NCBI GenBank assembly: GCA_036172245.1
Contig: JAYWIR010000060.1
Coordinates: 434,001-498,000 of the forward strand
DNA length: 64,000 nucleotides
Direction: 5' to 3'
From: Raillietiella orientalis
Taxonomy: Eukaryota
Below the pieces are notes generated by a model. That model saw only the letters and a list, made by a program, of their open reading frames with translations. It did not search any database and was not told the origin of the DNA. Of the stretch, positions 37,056 to 47,964 are shown piece after piece. The stretch's first letter is position 1; each line of letters begins with the position of its first letter. The translations under genes and the position numbers were made by a program.

Positions 37056-39434
37056 GTCGGAGTCTTTATCTTTGATGATCTTTGGGAATTTTGAACGCAA
37101 GGGATGTCGGCGTTTCTGATTTTGAAACAGACCTGGCATAAGCACCTGGCCCCATGTGGGAAGCTGAGGGACCCTGGGGGCACCGTGAACTGCGGCGAAA
37201 GCTGAAAGTCCTTAAACTCGCGGAGAAGAGTGTCGCTCAGCCTCCGATAAGCAGCACTCTCCTAGAAGGGATTGCAGATCACCACCAGTCCCCCGGCTCA
37301 AAGAAGCCACCCGTGCCTCAAGGACATCAGATTCAGAGGGGGAAGCAAGGACTTTGACGACGACGTCTTCAGCACGTTCTTGGAGACTTCGACACATCCA
37401 AAAGTCAGTCTGGCATTCCTGAACTGAACCGAAAACGTGAGTCGAGAAAGCCAGAGCAAGGAGTGTCCCGTGATGGCAGATTGATTTTATCATTATTCCC
37501 GATGTTTCACCAGCATCGAGAGATTACAGAGTCATAATCGAAAACGTAACCTATTCTGCAGAGCCAGAGAGCATTTCTGACGCCAATTTCTTTCAGAGGC
37601 CCACAGAGGATGGCATCGCCCACCGTTCTCAATACAACAAGCTTGAAAATGTGTTTTTCAACAGAGTGACTCCAACTTCGAGTTGATTCTTGATTCAACT
37701 CGAAGTTGATTCAGTCTTGAGAAATGGTCCAACAGAACGAAAGGATAATTCAAAGGAATCCATGTGCCTCAATGGATGCACTGATAAGGAAGGAGTGAAT
37801 CAATGCACTGCCATTCGAGAGTTCATTTCGAAAAAAAGCAGTGGAACTGATTATCCGCATTTCCATCTCATGCAGTTTCCTTTAGTCACTATAATCATTA
37901 ATTTAGAAAACACGTGCAGGAAGGAGCACTTTTTGTTTGTGAAGGTTTTCGAATATCCATACATTCTTCACGGTTTGAAACCCAAGAACTCTGGAACGAT
38001 CATGCATTCCAAAAAAAATACTCAAAACTTCAGTTTGGGGACATGCTACCCTCAATTTTTCGATACAGTTGAAAAATCTGCCCATACCTGAGAAGCTTTT
38101 CAGAAGAGAGCCTCGGATTTCAGAAAACAAATACTAAAGCAGAAACGAAAACACATATCCATGTGAAAGCCACAATACGTCGTTCGCTTGTGAACTTTTG
38201 AAATACTGCAAACTCCTATGGTTACTGCAGAATGAAGGTCAAAGAGAAAAAAAAGGAATCATACAAAGCTTTGAAGTTTCAACACATAACACACAATCAA
38301 GCAAATGCATTGCTTTACAATGTTTCAGAACATGCTTGAAAATCATTAATGTTAGCAAAGCTTTACAGCTGTATAGTCTTCTGCAAAAAAGAAAAACAAA
38401 AAAACCAACGTTGGGGAAAAATGAAGACAAAGTAGCAGTGTTGCTGGATTTTTGTCATTTGCAGTGAATTACAGCTGAAGGCGACTGCTTTGACTTTTTC
38501 CAAACATTGAACTTAAACCTCAAAATTTCAAGAAGGCATAAGAGGAAGATGAGGAGCACTCTTCATACAAAGACAGTGCAGTTCATTCGTAGCAAGTGAT
38601 CAGAACATTTTAAAAACTCAACGATTACTCATCCCATCGTCTCTGGAAGATTTCAGAAAATGTTTCGATACGACTATCTTGCTTAGAGAAAAATGTAAAT
38701 TCAAGACATCGAAGGAGTGCAGTGGTATTGGTGGTCATACTCTTATCGATGCACCACTAGAGTATTTAAGCTTTCAGGATTTCCGATAAAGTTAAAATTT
38801 CAATTATCTTAGATGACTTGAGATTTTCAGGTAGTGAAAAACTGTTTAATACTAACCACAAATGTAATAATTTTACACCTACGTGTTGAAAATAAGACTT
38901 GTATGATAAGAATAAATGAGCGAAAAAATAGACAAACATCGTTTCAGCCTACTTGAATTTAGTGAAATTTTAGTTTACTGGAAGAGTTAAGTACCATCAA
39001 AATCTACAAAGCGATCCGAAGCACAGAGAGGACGAATTTTGACATCGAATTGGCTGCTACAGCTATCATTATCACTGGTAGCTATTACTGTCATTGTTTG
39101 AAGAAGAGCTTTTCGAGAGCTTAGGGACAAAATAAGGGAAGGTAGGAAGTGCTAACAAACGGCATATTATTGCCAAGTGAAAATAGGTTCTCAGTACTTA
39201 TCTCTCTATATTAAGGATATTTCAAAACTTTAAATATTGCCGGTACATACAGAAATAGAGTTAAGTAACAATTGAAAGATTTGTTTACTCAGTCACTTTA
39301 GTGAATAAAATATCAAATGTTCAAATGTCATGAAAAATTAGTTGGTATGCTTTGTTCAGGTTGCTAAGTGTGCTTTGGTTACACGTATTTCTTTTATGGT
39401 AGATTTTGTCACATGTAAGAAGAAATGACAAAAA

Positions 39435-42400
39435 ATGCAAAAGTTTTCAGTCGAGCAAGTGAAGCTTATGCAACTGGATGCCCATTCCATAAGAAATCTA
39501 TGCATCATAGCCCATGTAGACCATGGGAAAACAACTCTTGCCGACATGCTCGTGGCTGGCAATGACATCATATCATACCGTATGGCAGGCAAATTAAAGT
39601 TAGTACTGTGAAATATTTTTCCTTCTTGTACGTGATTGATCCTGTATGCAGCATTGGTGCTGATGACCTTGGAATGATTAAATTTTGAATATGAAATAAA
39701 TTAGTGACCTTTCATATTAACTTTGTGTTTATTTTTTTCATTATCCTGTTTCCACCCGATTAAAATTGAATTTTTAGATACTTGGATAGTCGAAGAGATG
39801 AGCAGGAAAGGGGGATAACTATGAAGAGCAGCTCAATTACTTTGCATCACAAAATTGGCAAGAATTACAATTTTCTTATTCCTACTTGTTTGATAGCTAT
39901 AATTCCAAGAGATTAATATCTATAATAGCTTTTATATTTAGATGATTCCGATTTCTTAATCAATTTAATCGATTCACCTGGCCATGTGGACTTCAGTGCT
40001 GAGATATCTACAGCTGTGCATGTATGTGATGGTGCAATACTAGTTGTAGATGTAGTAGAAGGCGTGTGCCCTCAAACCAAAATTGTGTTACGGAAAGCCT
40101 GGTTGGAAGGAATTCAAGTGATTCTAGTCCTTAACAAAATAGATCGATTGATTGTAGAGCTTAAGATGGCACCATATGATGCTTACATTCATTTACAGCA
40201 ATTGGTAGAAAAAGTAAGACTTTCATATTCTTTGTCACTGCTGGACTTTGTGAGATTGTACGCAGATCAATGCATTTATGGCAGAGCTGTTTGCCAGCAA
40301 AGCAATGAAGGATAATGAGATTCTTCCAAAAATGTCAGCATCTGTTGATAAGCATGTTAGCACATTCTATTGGAGTTCTGTCTTGGATGACTTAGATGAT
40401 TCTTCCATTTACTTCTGTCCCGAGAAAGGCAATGTCATTTTTTGCAGTGCTCAGGATGGCTGGGGGTTCAAGTAAGTGCAACTGTGAAAAATTGATTCAA
40501 AGTAATTGTCTGTAGTCTTCCCAAAATTGCGCAGGATTCATGTAGCCTCCTCAATGTCCCTCCCATGGATTTGCAGAATGCTCTGTGGGGAGATTTTTAT
40601 TACAGTTCGAAAGATCATTGCATAAAGCAAGGTGCTCAAGAAGCAGCTCGTCGCCCCCTTTTTGTTCAGTTGGTACTAGAAAGACTGTGGCAGGCATATG
40701 ATGTGTTACTGATCACCAAAAATTTGAGCAAAGTGGAAAAAATGATTAACAATTTGCAACTCTCTGTGCCACCTAGAGATTTGCGCCATAATGATCCGCA
40801 TGTCACAGTTCGAGCTGTTATGTCTCAGTGGCTTCCTCTGTCCAGTTGTGTTTTAGGTAGATATATCTTCTCGGTTGTGTGTTTAATTGTATCTGTAGAG
40901 ATGGCCATACGTAATTTGCCAAGTCCAAAGCAGCTTTCACCAGAGCGGATTGACAGACTCCTCCAATCATCTGTTTCTGATAGCATAATGTCAGCTGAAG
41001 AGGTGCAAAAGTTGAGGAGTGCGCTGCAAGAATGCAGCAATGCCCCTGATGCTCCTATTATCATATTCATTTCCAAAATGGTGGCGGTAAGTATTAGACT
41101 AGAGAGTGTTGATGCCATTGTGGCCAAAGGTTGAAGCTGGAGCCTTGGCTCCGAAGCGCTCTATTCTACCTACATCAGAAGAACTGGTGAAAAGACGAGA
41201 AGATATTAGGAGAAGAAAGTTGGAAGGTGTGGATTCTTTGGCACCACAGTCAGACCAACAAGGAAGCACTGCTCTTCAAGGTGACAAGAGTCCAAAACCA
41301 ACTTTCATTGCATTTGGACGTGTCTTCAGTGGCACTGTGAAACCTGGTCAGCAACTCTATGTGTTTGGTCCACAGATGGATAGTTTAGTCTACCAAGTAA
41401 TAACATTTTATTATTATTTTATCGTGAGTGCTGTGATTTAGGATGAAAAGGAAGATAATGATTCATTGTTGGAGCCATGTGCTACTCAGTGGACTGTTGA
41501 TAAATTGTATTTGTGGATGGGAAGAGAACTTGAGCAACTCCCCTGTGTGCCAGCAGGCAATGTGCTTGGTATCTGAGTGTCTGTTGGTGTAGGTGAACTG
41601 ATCATGCTGTCTTGCAGGTTTATCTGGTTTAGAAAATGTGCTGCTTCGTTGTGGTACGCTAACTAGTCTGTCTGTCTGTCCAGCATTCACTGAATGCATG
41701 AATCAAGCAGCCCCAATACTCCGTGTTGCAGTGGAACCTGTTAATCCTGCCCATCTAAGTGCCTTGGTGGATGGACTTCATCTGCTGTGCCATGCTGACC
41801 CTGGCGTTGAGATGATGGTGCAGGACAGTGGGGAGCATGTGCTCATTACAGCAGGCGAGGTGCATCTGCAACGCTGTTTGGATGACTTGGAACAGCGATT
41901 TGCTCTCGTGCCCCTTCATGTTTCCGAGCCCTTGGTCCCATTTCGAGAGACCATTGTGTCCTCAGAGTTGACAGAGACAGCAGTAGAAATGATAGCCCCT
42001 GGTGGGATGTTGCGGGTTTGCATCAAGGCTGTACCACTTCCACATTCAGTTTGTCAGTTTCTTGAGCAGTCAGCTGGCGCTTTGCGTCTTCTGGATGCTG
42101 GCCAGACATTAGAATTGCAATCATTGCGCAATACTTTTGAACAAGTATTGCATAATGAGGGCCTTCCATGGGCTTGCTTGGTGGATCATATTTGGAGTTG
42201 GGGCCCCAAAAAGAATCCTTCCAATATCTTATTTAATGGGAAGACTGATTACAAGCGTCCTTCTATCTGGAACAAAACTGACTCAATACCATTTGTCTTT
42301 GACAGCAGCATTGTTGCAGGTTTCCAATTAGCCACTTTATCTGGTCCACTTTGTGAGGAACCAATGACCTCCGTGGCCTTTATTGTAGAGGACTGGGAAG

Positions 42401-42593
42401 TGGATCCATCTGTAGAAAGGCAAGTAATTAGCCACCTCCTCATATAGAAAGTGTGCATCCCGTAGTGGGTTAATTTCAGGACAAATTATTTCTTTGGTTA
42501 AGGAATGCTGTAGAAGAGCCTTCCAGATGCATCCGCAACGTCTGGTGGCTGCTATGTACAGCTGCAACATCACAGCCACGTCTGCTACTCTGG
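39435..42593 (+). CDS. EFL1: Elongation factor-like GTPase 1 (EFL1/Ria1), 3'-incomplete; exons 39435-39598, 39778-39857, 39942-40213, 40266-40471, 40516-40856, 40899-41086, 41130-41396, 41442-41568, 41618-42419, 42466-42593
   Basis: [114 protein letters not shown]. These are EFL1-type rather than EF-2-type. Ends at donor G|gtgagt (42594) with no downstream exon found. Confidence 0.95.
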
Positions 42594-43967
42594 GTGAGTA
42601 AACTGGCTTATGAGTGATTGCAACCTCTCCCACTCAACGTTTGGAATAACTTCTGTTCCCTGGTGGCGAGAATGCTTCTTTCTTTGATTACAAAGCATTC
42701 CATACACGAGCACGTTCTCTAGCTGTGCGTATAAGGGCGGTTCATGCTGGATTGGACCTTCTACTATGCCTTGAGACTTCTGGATACTAATGGTGATACG
42801 TTACCAATCAGCTTGTATCCAGGGCATTTACAAGTTATTAGGCTGCGTGACTTGCCCGTTTGTTTGTTTTGCATGGATAATATGGTCCAGTCTTTGGGAT
42901 ACTTGCAGGCAGGAATTTCAGGATATTGTTCGCATGTCATGATGTGCGTTAAAGCCTTTTGAGGGAATGCAGCGCAATATCGTACAGGTAGTCGCATCAC
43001 TTACTTGTTGATTGTACTTTGTACGAATCTCAAGTGTCGGTTTAGCAAACGATCCTGCGAAACACGGTTTGGAAAACTTGGTCTCGCATTCGCAGAATTG
43101 TTGACTTTCATTGAAACGCTTATATGACACTCCACATACCTGTATTTTTTTTTTTTTTTGCAATTTAGCAATGACTTTACTGTGAAGAAGTACTCACTTC
43201 ATAACTCGAGCAGAACGGGAGACTGGCCTCTTTCGCCGTTTTGGGTTGCTTATCCTGGAATGGGAGAGAACACAGTGTGTAGGGTGCATGGCCGACCACC
43301 GTAGGCGTTCGCGCGCAATACAACGAGTCGTCGGGTGCGTGGTATGATCTTCCGAGTGGGTGCCCTTTGGTGTTACCCCCATGCATTGGCGGGGCAGCAG
43401 CAGCGGGCTCATTGCATTTTTGCCCGAAAGGCAGCGGGGGTCGTCCGACCGTTTCTTGTGACCACAGGAAGGTTGTTGCTGCTCGGTTTTTTTTTCCTTT
43501 TGACAAGCTGCCTCAGACAGCAGCGCCTTGTCTTACAAACACTGCTCGAAATCGCAAGTTATGGCTCCAGTCGCATGCGTGCTTCCTCGCGTGTACACCA
43601 CCCGTGTAGATTGTAGTCGGAACGTGCGTGTGTCTCATTTTTTCGTACACCGCCGCGTCTCCCCCCCTTCCCCAAGGGCCCCCGAATTTAGAAAACAAAA
43701 TGCCACTCACTACCGGGTTCTTCGTTTACAGTCTACACCGAACTCGTACGATGAATTCGCCATACCGTTTTAACACTGTGGTCAAAAACATCCCGTTCAC
43801 GTAGTATTGTACACATCCTGTGACAAAATTCGTCTTACCTGGTTTTCTTCAAACGCCGATAGCCAGTCAACTAAGCTGTGAACGTTTTTATTTGACATCG
43901 CCTTCGACAGATCTGATTGAACTCTGTGGGCGCAGACCACAAATAGAATGAAAGTAAAAAATTCCAT
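42585..43967 (-). CDS. Secreted Cys-rich two-domain Argos-like protein (~215 aa; resembles scoloptoxin-11-like family); exons 43839-43967, 43198-43254, 43005-43139, 42805-42955, 42585-42757/42760
   Basis: Signal-peptide-like MEFFTFILFVVCAHRVQS. Four frame-consistent GT-AG introns (584, 58, 49, 41-47 nt). Mature region LPFCSSYEVCGVSYKRFNESQQFCECETKFSKPC...TCEQYPEIPACKYPKDWTILSMQNKQTGKSRSLITCKCPGYKLI(E)GPIQHEPPLYAQLENVLVYGMLC has 10 Cys spaced like domains 1-2 of the argos gene in this window. TAG at 42585-42587. Confidence 0.88.
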
Positions 43968-44383
43968 GCTGATGAAGAAGATTTGATTCTGAAGAACTGA
44001 TATGTTACAACTGTGGAATTCATTTGCTGTGGGATGTAGAGCACGTCTTGTTTAAGTAGCATGCAATATAGACATAATGAAAGTGTCCACGGTGTAGAAA
44101 GTTTGACTGTCTATTTTCTTGTACGGGGAAAATAACCGAATGATTGCCGAATTGTATTCCTTTTCGTGTCCCTTCCAAAAAAGAAAGAGAAATTGAGATG
44201 AACCTGGTGGCAAAACAACGCGATGCTTGTAATGTGCAATTGAAAAAAAAAAAAAAAAAAAAAATAAGGCCAATTTCTCGTTTCCCTTTTGTACGGAAAT
44301 CTTGGATTTGGAGTTGTGTGCTTCCTGTTGTTCTCTGATTGTAATCTCTTTTCAGAGAAGAGTTCTAGATTAAGAGCAGAGGT

Positions 44384-44419
44384 TATACATATATATATAT
44401 ATAGTTATATATATATATA
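44384..44419. repeat. (TA)n microsatellite, interrupted
   Basis: tatacatatatatatatata-gt-tatatatatatata. Confidence 0.9.
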
Positions 44420-47400
44420 GTTTCGTAATGAGGCCGCGTTGGTTCTTTATGAAAGGTGCATTTCAGAAACAACTGCCAGTGTGTTGAAACCCATAAATTT
44501 TGTCGCCATGTATAAAAGAGATTATTGACAGAGCAGTGCTAATAATAAAGAATGTTCTAATAAAATGTGGTTTATTGGGGAATGAAGGAGCGAAGGAAGG
44601 TCCATGGAGTTGAGAAGCAAATTTAGGAAATCTTTTTTGTGGTATGGAAACACCAGAGAGCACACCACATTTCGATTTCTTTACCTTTTTTCGGCTTAGC
44701 CGTAGTCGCGACATGGTCAGTTTGATTTGCAAACGCTGGCCATGATCTTCTCCTGAACTGTTTTCCCAGCTGGGTCGGGATTTTAGGATCCTCGTCGATG
44801 TTGTTGGCTTCTTAGAAATTGCGTGTTTTCAGTGTGAGCGTCGGGACTTCCGGGTGCCCGTTGTTTGTGTGCAGCTCTGCAGCTGGTCACATCGCAGTCA
44901 GGCCTGTGATAAGAACACTACGTGTGCCTATTCAGGATTCACGGTACACGGTTGAGGTTTCGAGTGCTTTTCCGCAATGTAGGTCGTACAGTTTGCCAAT
45001 GTGCGCGACTGCCGTTCATCTGAAGAGAAGTATAGAATCCCATGGAGCGCTCCATGGAATTCAATTCAGCTTTTTGGTAGTCGCTCTGCTTGGCGATGAC
45101 TTGTTGTTCGAAAAACTTTGAAGGGAAAAAAAAAAAAAAAAAAAATGGTGCAAAAGTCAGGCTTCGGAAGGTGTTCAAAGTGCTGCACGGGAATCGTAAT
45201 TGGCGAATCGTAATTGATTGAACATGGATTCCGATTCCCAGAGGTGCTGGAATGTTCTGCAGCTCTTTGCAGCGCTTTCGACCGCGTCTTTGAATGCGTT
45301 TGGCAAATGGTTCAACAGATCGCCTTTGTGGCGCACAATTTTCACGTTGTCCGAGGAATGTGGAGAGACATTATCCGTACGGAAATGATCGCATGCAGAA
45401 TGTGACGTCGAAGTGGAGTGATCTGGAGATCCTCGTTTGGGCTTTTGCGTCTTCCGTTTGCTGGCCAACTTGGGAAGAATCCGAATCCAAGAAGGCAATC
45501 ATCTAATGCACGCGTCCTTGGATTTATTTTTGGCCCGCACACCTACAGTGTGGTTTAGCAGTAAATTTGCAAAAAATTGCTCCAAGCAGACGACCTTTGT
45601 GTTTATTATTCCCCTCGTTTGTTCCGAATCCACCAAGACCAAAAATTACAGCTCGTCATCCTTTTTGTTGGTTTGGTTTCGGTAACTCTTGACTGTGGTC
45701 ATCCCTGAGAGAGTGCCATCCCGACTTTCGCCCAATGCAGCGTGGGGAAATGTTATGGGAAACTGTAGAGGAATAGGGATCCTCCCATCATTGCGATTTC
45801 GGGTTTCCAAATTCGCGTTCCCATTGCGGCGTCGCGTGTTGCTTTGCGAGCAGCTGGGAGCAGCTGCAACCAGCAGTCCGAGGTCGCTGCCAAACCCTTG
45901 AGGATTTTCCTTGGTTTGCTTTCCAGACTTTGGACACGCAGCGCAAGCACTTGGAAAGGTGTGAGCAAAAAGTGGAAAGTCAGTTTCCTGACTTTTATCC
46001 TTATGCCACGCTTTCGCTGTGGCAATCGGGAATCCTTCGGGTTTCCGAGCAGCCAAAATTATCCGATGAGAACGAAATGATGCTCTGGGAAAATGCTGAT
46101 TATTTTTCTTCCTTTTTCCATTTTTTTTTTTTTTTTTATGTGCTGACTTAATGCCACTTGCGCTTTGAAGTGCCTTCTATCGGTATCTTCTCTGATGGGG
46201 CCGTGTGCAGATGAGCCTTCGGCTCGCCGATCGAATTCTAGCTCAGCGACTAGGCAGAAGCGACTAATTGCTGACGGCGATTAGGCGATTTGTGAATGGA
46301 AAATAAATAAATAAATGTAACCCGTCATTTGTCTGGCAGAGATATCCGGATTATCTGACGGGAAAACAAATTAGATCAAGTAATGCGAGGCTGCTAATCC
46401 TCCGAGGTTGGATTCGGTAACAAAGTCGTGCGTGTGTGCGTTTGGCCCTTAATGTAGGATTGCGAGGCTCGAGATGGACGGCACAAAAGTAGAATATCTA
46501 CTTCGATTCGGACTGGCTTCCTTTTTTCCACAGCTGTCTCTCCTTTTTTTGTATGCTCTTTGTAGACTGCTCTTTTGGTGTCCATTTTGATCCATTCTCG
46601 AGAATTTTCACATTCAGAGTACATCCGCCGCTTTCCGAAGAAAGGCCTTCCCTGAAGAAAATTGCGCGACTTGAAAAGGAGCGCTTCTGTGCTCGAGTCG
46701 CACCTGGAGACCCGGTTCCGTTTCCTCTGGAGCAATCTGCAGGATGACCCGGCGGAAGAATTTCCGAGTGCGGGATTGTGTGGGAGGATCTCACGCACCA
46801 ACTCGTTGCCTCCATGCCGTGGACGCTCGGCCGATCCGCCGCCGTCACCGATCCCGAGTGCTCGAGGGAGATGAAGGCCCAGGTGCAGATGGAGAAGCGT
46901 TCGGGACGTTTTCGTTGACTTGGGGGCAGCGTCCAGACAAGCACCGGGTTCTCCTCCTCGCCGTGGGGACACGAGCTTGCTCCTGGATTCCGGCGATCGC
47001 TTCTCCCGGATGGAATTGCGGGGCGCAGGCTGCTACGTTCAGGTGTTTCGGGCGATTTATGTGAATCACACCGGAGCGGAGTAATCATGGTAATCGGACC
47101 ATCATAAGAATCTCCGCGTTAGAATTCTAACAAGGCACTCTTGCACAATTTGCGAATGGTTAAGATGCGAGTCCGATCCCGAATTCGATAAAAGTGATTG
47201 ATTGGAATCGAGCGGACGAAAGCTGGGTTCCCGATTAGAAACGTGCTGCCGGTATGCACCGTGTACATTCGGAAAATCATTAAAAAAGCCAAGAGGGGGA
47301 GGGAGAGAAAGAAAAAAAAAAAGGCAGAGCAGACGAGCAAGGATTGCGAGCAGGAGGAAGCGAGCAATCCTCAGTCGTGGAGAACCAGCACAACTTCCCA

Positions 47401-47928
47401 AGAGGAGGTCGCCTGGTGACCAGCGAGCTCCCTGCCCGTTTCTTCGTTCGCATAGCGGGGATGGGTGACGTCGACTCCTGCGGTATTTTCAATCTGCAGT
47501 AAGCTCGAAGGGAAGAGATGGAGTGAGTGGGAAACTGATCCGTTAATTCGGTTGATTCCCAAGTGATCCCAGGCATGCCGAAAATGTGAAAAAGTCCCAT
47601 CATTAAAATTAAATTCAAAGAAGAGAAAGGAGAACGAAAGATTCCTCTCGTATTTTCGGATTTTTTTTTTTTTGTCTCCTCCTTTTCCTCCTTCTTCATA
47701 GGCTTGCCAGCACACTCTCATTTGTCGGATGTAAAATGGGAGACTTTTCTATTCTCATGAGGATCCAGCACATTTTGGACCGTCAGGTGGTGTACTGTAA
47801 CTTCCCTTCTGTTCTTTAAAGTATTCCCGTGGTCCGATTGCCTCGAATAGATGCATTCAGAATCGAAGATCAGTTGCTTCGTTGCTTCTGAATTACTCAA
47901 GCGGGGAGGTGTCTTCACAGTCCACTTC

Positions 47929-47964
47929 CATGCTAAATGTATCTCATGCTAAATGTATCTCATG
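47929..47964. repeat. 16-bp tandem duplication
   Basis: catgctaaatgtatct x2 + catg. Confidence 0.9.

Noticed and set aside
37149..37285. Possible fifth copy of the dispersed GC-rich element
   Set aside because: Only short gccccat and ctcctagaagg matches; not alignable in between.
46030..46044. ESFGF (and KVYNILSR near 63389) as missing EFL1 C-terminal exons
   Set aside because: Flanking residues do not match EFL1 domain V and there is no suitable phase-1 acceptor.
46996..47005. atcgcttctc, identical to the U2 snRNA 5' end
   Set aside because: The match stops after 10 nt.
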